64,000 bases of DNA from Syntrophales bacterium (lineage in GTDB: Bacteria > Desulfobacterota > Syntrophia > Syntrophales > UBA2210), in the NCBI GenBank assembly GCA_963662405.2, contig CAXXKT010000001.1, forward strand, positions 1,632,001 to 1,696,000, written 5' to 3'. The notes under the pieces were generated by a model that saw only the letters and a list, made by a program, of their open reading frames with translations, did not search any database and was not told the origin of the DNA. The translations under genes and the position numbers were made by a program. Shown here piece after piece: positions 42,282 through 51,028 of the stretch (its first letter is position 1; the number at the start of each line of letters is the position of its first letter).

Positions 42282-42323
42282 AGGTCGGGGGTTACTGTTA
42301 TGGTAATCTCTGGCCTTTTGTTT
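42282..42323 (+). terminator. Terminator-like hairpin just upstream of folC
   Basis: AGGTCGGGGGTTACT/GGTAATCTCTGGCCT pairs fully with G-U wobbles, then TTTGTTT. Confidence 0.55.
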
Positions 42324-42337
42324 GGTAAAACAGCCAC

Positions 42338-43597
42338 ATGAATGATTCTCTTGTATATCTGGATGAATTAAAACAACGAGGAATCCAATTCGGAATCGGT
42401 CCTATCTCCCGGCTCCTGCATCGCTTGGGCAATCCCCAGCATGAATTTCGAGCGGTGCTGATAGGGGGGACCAACGGGAAAGGATCAACGGCTGCCCTGC
42501 TTGCCTCCGTGTTGGAGACGACCGGTATGGCGGTGGGGCTTTATACCTCTCCCCACCTGTGTGATTTCAGGGAACGGATACGGATCAATGGTTGCATGAT
42601 TGAAGAGCACGAGTTGTCTGATCTCATAGAAACGGTTCGCAGGAACAGCCGAGAGGATGTGACCTATTTTGAGTTTACGACGGCGCTGGCATTTCTGCAT
42701 TTTGCGAAACGACCGGTAGATATTGCGGTTGTGGAGGTCGGGATGGGGGGGCGACTTGATGCCACCAACCTTGTGTCTCCTGAGGTTTCCCTTATAACCA
42801 ATGTTTCCCTGGAACATCAAAAATTCCTGGGGCGCGATCTTAAGTCTATCGCCTGTGAAAAGGGGGGGATTATCGGGGAAAACGGTGTCTGTATCACAGC
42901 CGCTACCGGACGCACCGTGATTGGTACCCTCGAAGATATCTGCAGTCGGAGGAGGGCGACTCTCTATCGAATAGGCAAGGACGTCCGAGTCAGACGATCC
43001 GCACGGGGGACTTTTTCTTATTATGGCAGGAATAAGTGCTACCGGGATCTTACCATATCTCTTGCTGGAAGATATCAGGTCACTAACGCGGCCCTTGCCC
43101 TTGCGGCTGTCGATTACTTGGCGGGAAGAGGGATGGACATCAGTGAGCCATCCGTTATAGAGGGGTTGCGGAAAGCGCGATGGGAGGGGCGGTTGGAATA
43201 TATCGCTCAGCGGCCGCGAATCATTGTTGATGGTGCGCATAATCCCGCGGGGATCGCGGCGTTATGTCGTGCCCTCGTATCAGATTTTACATATACCGGA
43301 TTGATTGTTGTATGCGGTATACTTCACGATAAAAACTATGCCGGCATGCTGAAGAGATTAATTGCCCTGGCGGATGTTCTTATACTGACTCGTCCCCGAG
43401 AGGAACGGGCTACACCGCCGGCGGAGTTACTTGCTGTTATTCCTCCATCATACCATGACCATGTCGAGATTGTTGAAGATTCCGGAAGGGCCCTTGACAG
43501 GGCACGGTCTCTGGCCGGTCATGACGATCTGGTGTGTGTCACCGGTTCACTGTACCTGGTCGGAGAGATAAAAAAAGCTGTTTCCTCATGGCGTTGA
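42338..43597 (+). CDS. folC: Folylpolyglutamate synthase/dihydrofolate synthase
   Basis: GTNGKGS, YTSPHL, EVGMGGRLDATN, DGAHNP, VTGSLYLVG. Confidence 0.96.
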   Translation: MNDSLVYLDELKQRGIQFGIGPISRLLHRLGNPQHEFRAVLIGGTNGKGSTAALLASVLETTGMAVGLYTSPHLCDFRERIRINGCMIEEHELSDLIETVRRNSREDVTYFEFTTALAFLHFAKRPVDIAVVEVGMGGRLDATNLVSPEVSLITNVSLEHQKFLGRDLKSIACEKGGIIGENGVCITAATGRTVIGTLEDICSRRRATLYRIGKDVRVRRSARGTFSYYGRNKCYRDLTISLAGRYQVTNAALALAAVDYLAGRGMDISEPSVIEGLRKARWEGRLEYIAQRPRIIVDGAHNPAGIAALCRALVSDFTYTGLIVVCGILHDKNYAGMLKRLIALADVLILTRPREERATPPAELLAVIPPSYHDHVEIVEDSGRALDRARSLAGHDDLVCVTGSLYLVGEIKKAVSSWR

Positions 43598-43677
43598 ACA
43601 GAGGTGCTCCCGCCTGATATTATGGATGGTGAGATGACCCGACGCGCGATTTCCAAAGAGTGGACAGAAATTCCTTC

Positions 43678-45060
43678 CTATCGTCCGCGCGCAAAGAGGA
43701 CTTCCTTGATGGTGAGAAGCATAATGGCGAGGTCCATAAGCCAGGTGGAGTGCTTCACATAATACAGGTCATATTGGAGCTTTTCTTTGCTGTCGTCCAT
43801 GCTGTCTCCATAGGAATAATTGACCTGCGCCCAACCGGTCAAACCGGGGCGGACAGAGTGGCGGAGGTTGTAATACGGTATCGTCCGTTCCATCTCCGCC
43901 ACAAAGACGGGCCGCTCCGGCCGGGGGCCGACCATATCCATGTCTCCTTTGAAGATGTTGATGAACTGCGGTATCTCATCGAGTCTGAGCTTACGGATTA
44001 GCTTCCCGACCCGGGTGATACGCGGATCATCCTTTTGAGCGAATATCGGTCCGCTGGAACTCTCCGCTCCGGTGATCATAGACCGAAACTTGAGGAGGCG
44101 AAAGATCCTGCCGTTGAGCCCAACCCTCTCCTGCCGGTAGAAAACAGGACCGGGGGAATCCAGCTTGATCAGGAGGGCGGTGAGAAGGAGGAGAGGGGAG
44201 AGAATCGTTAAGAGACAGAGAGATATGATTATTCCCTGGGCATGTTTGATCGTTCGATGTATGGGGGTTTGACAGAACCCCTCTTCAAAGAGAAACCAGC
44301 TTGGTTTCAGATATTCATCAATGATGATCTTTTTCTTGATTTCTTCGTAAAAGGTGGACCCTTCCTGAATAAGGATGTTGGCTGTCTTGAGCTTGAGTAG
44401 ATCGTGAACCGGCAGTTTGCCCCGTCGGTCACGCATCGTGACAACGATGGTATCGACGGGATAAGCTTGCTTGAGGGCCTCATGGATCCGTTCGATAGGT
44501 CCGATGACAGGGGTCCCGTAAAAATCTGTTTCCACCTGATTCTCAACGGTGGAAACAACCCCCACAACGTCATAGTCCCTGGATTTCTTTTTATGAGTTT
44601 CTTTGATGATCTCCCGCGTCAGGTCATTAGCCCCGATGATCAGGACCCGGTTACGATTATTGGGTATCTTGTAATAGAGTATGTAGCGGAAAAAGAAAAG
44701 AGACACAAAGATCGCGATGAGGGGAGGGAGGAGGTGCCAGTTGATCAGTGCAAGATTGCGGATGAAAAAGCTCACGCTTACGATAAACCCGCAGGAAATC
44801 AGGAACGCGATGATGGTTCGTTTGAGCAATTCAAGTGGAGAGACCTGTTCCGTAAAGGAAGAGAGCCCGGAAATAAAAAGGGAAATGAGAACAATGACGG
44901 TAAAGAGTGGCTCCGCCAGATGTCCTTGAAAGGGGGCATATATCCACAGTGTTGATGATTCGGGTAAAATCCAAAAAAAGAACTCAAAAAACAGGATGCT
45001 GATTATTATATCAGCGATGAAGATGGCGATGGCGCCCCGCGTCGTATGTATTGAAAACAT
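43678..45060 (-). CDS. Polyprenyl glycosylphosphotransferase (priming sugar transferase, PEP-CTERM/XrtA-locus type)
   Basis: 4 N-terminal TMs, VLIIGA, MRDRRGKLP, KFRSM, DPRITRVG, LDEIPQ, VGPRPERP, PGLTGWAQV. Confidence 0.92.
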   Translation of the reverse strand: MFSIHTTRGAIAIFIADIIISILFFEFFFWILPESSTLWIYAPFQGHLAEPLFTVIVLISLFISGLSSFTEQVSPLELLKRTIIAFLISCGFIVSVSFFIRNLALINWHLLPPLIAIFVSLFFFRYILYYKIPNNRNRVLIIGANDLTREIIKETHKKKSRDYDVVGVVSTVENQVETDFYGTPVIGPIERIHEALKQAYPVDTIVVTMRDRRGKLPVHDLLKLKTANILIQEGSTFYEEIKKKIIIDEYLKPSWFLFEEGFCQTPIHRTIKHAQGIIISLCLLTILSPLLLLTALLIKLDSPGPVFYRQERVGLNGRIFRLLKFRSMITGAESSSGPIFAQKDDPRITRVGKLIRKLRLDEIPQFINIFKGDMDMVGPRPERPVFVAEMERTIPYYNLRHSVRPGLTGWAQVNYSYGDSMDDSKEKLQYDLYYVKHSTWLMDLAIMLLTIKEVLFARGR

Positions 45061-45067
45061 CAGCTAC

Positions 45068-46567
45068 TTATTCCTCCAGGTGCTCGAACGATTTGATGCG
45101 GTTCCCTCCCATAATCTTTGCCGATACGAGAACGGTCTTGGCGTTTTCCATCAGGGGACCTGGCGCTGATGCGTCCTCGGGAAATTGGATGACTCCTCCG
45201 CTCAATGTCAGGGGGTGTGACAGGGAGATTTTCATTTCACTAGGGAGTTCTGAAACCACATCAAGGATACGGCGCGCCACCTCGATGGCGTTGTGCTTGT
45301 CGGTGTTGGGGAGGATGATGCCGAATTCGTCACTCCCGATCCGACCTGCAATATCGTAATGTCGAAGGCAGCTGTTGATCTGGTCGGCGATCACTTTGAG
45401 GAGCTCATCGCCGAGGAAGTACCCATGATCACGGTTAAATCGATCGAAATGGTCAACATCCAAGACAATCAGGGAGAGCCTCGTATCGGTCAAGCGTTCT
45501 GCGCGTGCCACTTCTTCGTGAAGCCTCTTCCACCAGAGCCCGTAATTATACATGCCGGTCAGACTGTCCGTCGATGCCAGGTCCTGGAATCGTTGCTCCG
45601 AGGCTGATTCCTCGATGACCTTGGCTGCAGATTCACAGATTGAATGAATCAATCCCTGTGATGCCTCATCAAGTGTCGGGGGCATCGATTCGGTAAACAG
45701 AAAAAAATGTCCCTGGACTGTGTCATTCCGGACCAACGGCATCACGATATACACGTTCTCCCGCAGAAGAGTGAGAGGTGCCGAGAATAGGTCTTTCTTT
45801 TCAAAGGTTGTGATGTGTCGAAGTGCGTCGATTTTTTTCACTTCCAGATGTGTAGCCAGTTCTTCGTAAAGCTCGCGATACTGGGTGGTATCGAGTCCAT
45901 AGCCGAGTATCAGATCGGGAAATCCTGATTGATGGTTTTTCAGGAGAAATATCCCCTTCTTTTTTGTCTTCAGAAGATTGGTCGTCAGGTGAAAGATGTA
46001 GTCGAAGACGATTCGGAGTTCACGCAGGGAACTGTACTCGCGAAAGATATTCATCATGTACAGTTCAGAAGGAGTATCATGATAGCTGAGAGGAAGATCG
46101 ACCTGGGCGAGATACTCTGAGAAGCAATGGAGGATCCGCATGACCAGTGGTTCTTTGTCGGGTCGGATCCCATGTTCTTTCAGAACCGAGTTTATATTGA
46201 TGGTTCCTATTGTTCCGTTGTGGAGCTTGATTGGAACTATATAGGAGGTGTCTATGTCGGGATTAATGAGATCATCAGGGGTTATGTCTAATTGTAAAGT
46301 GTCCTGTGTTCCCTTGACGAAAACGGTTTTCCCACGGGCAGCGACCTTGCCGGAGATGCCGTCGCCCAAACGGACACGGGCCTTTTCAACGACCTCTTTC
46401 TTCAGGCCTCGGGCATTACAGATTCTGAGTTCTTGCGATGTGTCGTCGAGGAGCATAATGGAGCCGCGTTTTGCTTGCATCACCTCCAGAACCACATCCA
46501 GGAGCAAGTCCAAGATCTCAGGGAGCATGTGGCAATCGGTATACCGATGATTATCTTCTGTACTCAT
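45068..46567 (-). CDS. GAF + GAF-like + degenerate GGDEF-domain protein
   Basis: RGSIMLLD, RLGDGISGKVA (GAF); TDSLTGMYN, LDVDHF, RHYD I-site, GSDEF. Confidence 0.88.
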   Translation of the reverse strand: MSTEDNHRYTDCHMLPEILDLLLDVVLEVMQAKRGSIMLLDDTSQELRICNARGLKKEVVEKARVRLGDGISGKVAARGKTVFVKGTQDTLQLDITPDDLINPDIDTSYIVPIKLHNGTIGTININSVLKEHGIRPDKEPLVMRILHCFSEYLAQVDLPLSYHDTPSELYMMNIFREYSSLRELRIVFDYIFHLTTNLLKTKKKGIFLLKNHQSGFPDLILGYGLDTTQYRELYEELATHLEVKKIDALRHITTFEKKDLFSAPLTLLRENVYIVMPLVRNDTVQGHFFLFTESMPPTLDEASQGLIHSICESAAKVIEESASEQRFQDLASTDSLTGMYNYGLWWKRLHEEVARAERLTDTRLSLIVLDVDHFDRFNRDHGYFLGDELLKVIADQINSCLRHYDIAGRIGSDEFGIILPNTDKHNAIEVARRILDVVSELPSEMKISLSHPLTLSGGVIQFPEDASAPGPLMENAKTVLVSAKIMGGNRIKSFEHLEE

Positions 46568-47081
46568 GGCGGAGACGCTTTACAAAAACTGCTGTACCCT
46601 ACAGACCCCAGAGTCAAGACGCTTCTTAAAATTTTGTTGGGAGTATATTTAAATTCGCTGCCTTAGCTCAAGGCATATCTATACTCTCACCCACAACGCC
46701 TAATGCTACGATACCATGCCCCGTTTTGCAAGTCCGAAATGATTAAAAACACAGCACCTTTTTATAAGGATTCGATTGGGAAACGCTGATTTGCGGAGGG
46801 ACTCAGGGGGCGAGGCTGCCGATGAAGTCCATAAAAGAGGCGGATAAACCAATGGTGTCTCTGCAAGACAATATTACATTTCGGGGCCTATTTATTCCTT
46901 TACTTTTAGTTCTTTTTTTTGTTATTACAAGGACATTAGTATTTGTAGGTGATGACTGATGATCATTTGAGTCGGCCATGATCTGCTGCCAGGTTTGTTA
47001 AACAACATGCTTTCCCCCTTGGGCTTGGATGTGGCTTATCGTTATGCAGCCGAAGGATGTTTCGCGAGGTGAGCTGATACA

Positions 47082-47714
47082 TTGAATCCCAGTATACTCG
47101 TCAACAAGGCCTTCGATTATGCGGAAGTTCACAGGCTCCGAGAGCGAATCACAGGCGAACTTCAGGAGCATAATTCTAAAACCCTCATGGTTGCCAGTCC
47201 CCACGACGATGCCGGCAATACTTTTCTTGTCTCTGTATTAGGTTACAATATAGCCCGCTTCAGTACCATGAAGGTGTTACTGGTAGATCTCAACATGCGC
47301 AAGCCCCAGCTCCATCTTTCCTTCGGTCTCGATATAGGAAAAGGCTTCAGTGCGGTTGCATCTGGGCTTCTACCGTGGCGTGACGTATTGATGGATACCA
47401 ACCTCTCGGGACTGCAGGTCATGCCGGCCGGTCGTGTCGACATGGATTTCTCTCACCTCGTAACCCGCTCTTTTCTGGATGACCTGATTCAGGAAATGCG
47501 AGATGAATTCGATCTGATACTCTTTGATACCTCACCACTGCTCGTCCAGAACAGGGGGAATATCGACCCGGTTCTCCTCAGCCTTATCTGCGACGCTGTT
47601 GTGATCGTGATCCAAGACAAGAGGACGACACGAGCCGAACTGGGACGGGCGGTTGCCGCCATTCCAGAAGGAGAGAAGAAGATTATGGGGATTGTGTATA
47701 ACCATACTTTTTAA
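47082..47714 (+). CDS. CpsD/CapB-like BY-kinase homolog with degenerate Walker motifs
   Basis: VASPHDDAGNT, VLLVDLNMRKP, LQVMPAG, LILFDTSP, GIVYN. Confidence 0.8.
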   Translation: MNPSILVNKAFDYAEVHRLRERITGELQEHNSKTLMVASPHDDAGNTFLVSVLGYNIARFSTMKVLLVDLNMRKPQLHLSFGLDIGKGFSAVASGLLPWRDVLMDTNLSGLQVMPAGRVDMDFSHLVTRSFLDDLIQEMRDEFDLILFDTSPLLVQNRGNIDPVLLSLICDAVVIVIQDKRTTRAELGRAVAAIPEGEKKIMGIVYNHTF

Positions 47715-47728
47715 ATATCGAGTTTTTT

Positions 47729-48799
47729 ATGAACGAGAGAGTACAAGACAGACAGTTTGATATTTCGATGTATGCGTCGAAATATGGAGTTCCTATCCTG
47801 GAAAGAAAATGGATGGTATTCATTTTCTTTATGGTGGGCTTGATGATTGCCATGATATTTCTCACCCCCCTCATTGAACCTCAATTTGTCAGCCAGGCGG
47901 TTCTCTTGGTGGAAGAACCCCGCTCTGAGATTTCCAGAGCCAAGCAAGAAACACTGGGTACGGGAAGAGTGTCGGGTCTCTACGTGACGACAGAGGCGGA
48001 AAAGATTAAGAGTCCCTTTTTCGCTGCGGAAGTACTGAAGATTTTACCCGAAAAAGCCAAGAATGATTTGCGGGCCGATGTGGGGATCTGGCCCCGGATT
48101 AAACGGGGTACCCTGAAATTGTTCGGTGTAAAGCAAAAGTCATTGTCGCAGCCGATGGTGGAACGGACGCTCCTCATTGAGATCCAAAAGAGGGTTGAGG
48201 TCACCAACGACCCCCAATCGGCCCTGATCTGGATAATGACGAAAAGCCCCGATAAGGATATTGCACTCGTTCTGGCCAGAAGCTATGTCGATGTTGCCCT
48301 TGCTTCAAATCTGGAGGACAACAAGAAGGTGGTCAGGTCAGAGCGGGAATTCCTGGAAAGGCAGAGAAATCGAGCTGATCAGAAATTTCGGGATTCTGAA
48401 CAGGCGGTATTCGATTTCAAAAAAGAATATCAGATTCCCGGTGACTTCGATGACGCCCGTGATATCGGTATCCAGTTGCAGTTGAAACGTCTCCAGTCCC
48501 GGGCGGCAATGGATAAGGAACGCTTTGAGGAGTTGGATGAAGCCTTTTTTTCCAGTCAGGTAAAAGAAGCGGGAATACTGGGAAATATTCGGGTGATCAG
48601 CCCTCCGGTCTTCCCCGTGTCCCCTTCGAGGAAGCAAGAGATCCGACTTATGATCATCATCATTCTTGGGGGGCTAACGTTGGGGATCGGTCTCGCGCTG
48701 TTACCGGAGTTTACCCGTGGAACGATTCGCCATGAGGTCGATATTGCCGATGTCGGGTATCTCCCCGTCCTTACCCATCTTCCAAGGATCAAAACATGA
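47729..48799 (+). CDS. Polysaccharide co-polymerase (Wzz/GumC-like, no kinase domain)
   Basis: Two TM segments flanking a coiled-coil region; RVISPPVFPVSP before TM2. Confidence 0.82.
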   Translation: MNERVQDRQFDISMYASKYGVPILERKWMVFIFFMVGLMIAMIFLTPLIEPQFVSQAVLLVEEPRSEISRAKQETLGTGRVSGLYVTTEAEKIKSPFFAAEVLKILPEKAKNDLRADVGIWPRIKRGTLKLFGVKQKSLSQPMVERTLLIEIQKRVEVTNDPQSALIWIMTKSPDKDIALVLARSYVDVALASNLEDNKKVVRSEREFLERQRNRADQKFRDSEQAVFDFKKEYQIPGDFDDARDIGIQLQLKRLQSRAAMDKERFEELDEAFFSSQVKEAGILGNIRVISPPVFPVSPSRKQEIRLMIIIILGGLTLGIGLALLPEFTRGTIRHEVDIADVGYLPVLTHLPRIKT

Positions 48800-50115
48800 T
48801 GTCATGCCGGCGGCGATATGCTCGATTATTTCTTGCCGCACTTGCGGCTGTGTTGAGTGTTCTCGTATATTCTCCTTCCGCCATGGGGAAAGGGCGTATA
48901 GAGATTACTCCCGTGGTGACTGTCAGTGAAGTCTATGATGATAATATCTTTTTAGATAAAGAAAATACAAAGTCGGATTACATTACTTCCATTTCGCCGG
49001 GAATCGGGTTCGACATCTATTCACAGCGAAACGGATTGGATCTGTTTTATGCCCCCACCTTTGTAAAATATCATGAATACTCGGATAATGACACGACGCG
49101 GCACAATGCCCGGCTCCACGCCTGGCAGCAAATGGGAAAATCGTTACGGTTCGATCTGCGCGATGAGTACCTGAAGTCGGAAGATCCGGCTGAGGCGTCC
49201 CTTGCCAGTTATGAGGAGCGACAGAGACTCAGACATACCCGATATACCTATGAGAGAAATGTGGCGGATGCCGCGCTCAGGTATCAGTTCGGAGCCGAAG
49301 ATTCGCTGAAGATTGGATACCGGCATGAGCTTCTGGAGAACAAGGATCCCTTACTTGATGATACCACCGAACATGGCCCGTATGGGGGAGTAACGTATTG
49401 GTTCGACAAACACAACGGTATGGATCTGAACTACCGTTTTACCAGGGCATCGTTTAACCGAAATGACGGCAATCCTTCGGGTGATGATTTTGACGGGCAC
49501 GAGTTCGATGTCCGCTATTTGTACCGCTGGAATCAAAGGACGCGGGCACATGTCGGTTACGGTTATACGATAAGGGAATTCGAAGATGAATCCCGAGAGG
49601 ATCGGACGGTGCATGAAGGATTAATGGGGATAACCCATAGTTTTTCTCCTTTGACGTCACTTTCTTTCGATGTGGGATATTACAAACCTGAGGGGTATGG
49701 CACGGACGATAAAGGGCACGCAAGCTACGGGGCAACACTGAACAGGAAGCTGGAGCGGGGGGGGCTTTCGCTGAGGGCCAGAAGCGGATGGGACGAGGAT
49801 TATCTGGATGCGGAGGAACAGCGGGGGTATACACGGTACTGGTCTGTCGGCGGCAGTGTGGATTACGTGCTCCTGAAGAATCTGACCGCCTATGCAAACG
49901 CTTCCTACCGGGAAAACACATATCATCTGACAGACGCGGGAGATGAAACCTTCGGGGGAAGAAGTGGTCTCAGGGTGGGATTTTTACGTTGGTATTCCAT
50001 CAGTCTGGAGTACGCCTATCTGAACCGACGGAGCGATGATCCCACCGATGAGCATGTCGATAACAGAATTATGGCGATCTTTTCTGCTTCGCGATCATTT
50101 CGATTGACGAAGTGA
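48796..50115 (+). CDS. Outer-membrane beta-barrel of polysaccharide export locus
   Basis: Signal peptide, EVYDDNIF, DYITSISPGI, Tyr-rich alternating beta strands. Confidence 0.82.
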   Translation: MMSCRRRYARLFLAALAAVLSVLVYSPSAMGKGRIEITPVVTVSEVYDDNIFLDKENTKSDYITSISPGIGFDIYSQRNGLDLFYAPTFVKYHEYSDNDTTRHNARLHAWQQMGKSLRFDLRDEYLKSEDPAEASLASYEERQRLRHTRYTYERNVADAALRYQFGAEDSLKIGYRHELLENKDPLLDDTTEHGPYGGVTYWFDKHNGMDLNYRFTRASFNRNDGNPSGDDFDGHEFDVRYLYRWNQRTRAHVGYGYTIREFEDESREDRTVHEGLMGITHSFSPLTSLSFDVGYYKPEGYGTDDKGHASYGATLNRKLERGGLSLRARSGWDEDYLDAEEQRGYTRYWSVGGSVDYVLLKNLTAYANASYRENTYHLTDAGDETFGGRSGLRVGFLRWYSISLEYAYLNRRSDDPTDEHVDNRIMAIFSASRSFRLTK

Positions 50116-50156
50116 CTCTTCCTTCTTCCGGGACATCTCCACCCGAATCCGATTTT

Positions 50157-50993
50157 TTACTGAACGGGGATGATTTCAACCCGCCTGTTCAGTGCCCGCC
50201 CCTCGGCCGTTTCATTGGAATACTTTGGGTGTGAAAAGGCATACCCCGCCGGGTTGAGACGGTTTTTCTCCACGCCACCCTGTATCAGATAATTCACCAC
50301 CGCCTCAGCGCGCTTGTAGGAAAGCGTCTGATTGTAATCCATGGTTCCGAAGTTATCCGTATGCCCCTGTATCTCGGCGTTCAAAGAGGGGTTGCTTTTG
50401 AAGATGGTGATAACCTGATCAAGTGCTGAGTGGTATTCGGGGTTAATGACATATTTATCAAAATCGAAAAGTGTGTCACCGATAGTCCAGCACCCATCCT
50501 GGTCTACCCATGCGTCCTGAGGTGTCCCGGGGCACTTGTCGAGATGGTCGGGTACACCATCACTATCGCTGTCCAGAGGGCACCCTCTGCAATCAACCGA
50601 TATCCCTTCAGGCGTTTCGGGGCATTTGTCAAGATAGTCGGGAACACCATCACCGTCGCTGTCGAGCGGACATCCCCGCTCATCGACTTCCACACCTTCA
50701 GGCGTTCCGGGGCACTTGTCGAGGTGATCAGGTACACCGTCTCCGTCGCTGTCCAGAGGACATCCCTGATCGTCAACCTTTATACCCGCCGGCGTCTGAT
50801 CGCTCGGTGCGTATTTTATCGATTTCATGCATTCTTCAGGTGATTCGGCCTTAAGACACACCAGGCGCGCATGTTCCCGTGGTGATACCTCCTTTGTTGA
50901 GTGATCGTCGGAATCCATCAGAGAATAATTCGGAGCGCATCCCAGTATAAGGACACATAACACCAAACCGCAAAGTTGTACTCTCTTATTCAT
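50157..50993 (-). CDS. OmpA-domain lipoprotein with thrombospondin type 3-like repeats
   Basis: Lipobox ILGC; DSDGDGVPD repeats; LFDFDK, IQGHTD, LSYKRA, NRRVEI. Confidence 0.9.
   Translation of the reverse strand: MNKRVQLCGLVLCVLILGCAPNYSLMDSDDHSTKEVSPREHARLVCLKAESPEECMKSIKYAPSDQTPAGIKVDDQGCPLDSDGDGVPDHLDKCPGTPEGVEVDERGCPLDSDGDGVPDYLDKCPETPEGISVDCRGCPLDSDSDGVPDHLDKCPGTPQDAWVDQDGCWTIGDTLFDFDKYVINPEYHSALDQVITIFKSNPSLNAEIQGHTDNFGTMDYNQTLSYKRAEAVVNYLIQGGVEKNRLNPAGYAFSHPKYSNETAEGRALNRRVEIIPVQ
50484..50801 (-). repeat. About 3.5 copies of 90-bp (30-aa) TSP3-like coding repeat
   Basis: DSDGDGVPDxLDKCPxTPxGxxVDxxGCPL units. Confidence 0.9.
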
Positions 50994-51028
50994 ATGATAT
51001 CCCTCGAATCTTTCCGAATCTGCGCTTC

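Noticed and set aside
42234..42300. Resemblance to c-di-GMP-I riboswitch or archaeal SECIS
   Set aside because: Lacks the conserved GACGCAAAG core and P1 pairing; no in-frame UGA selenoprotein nearby
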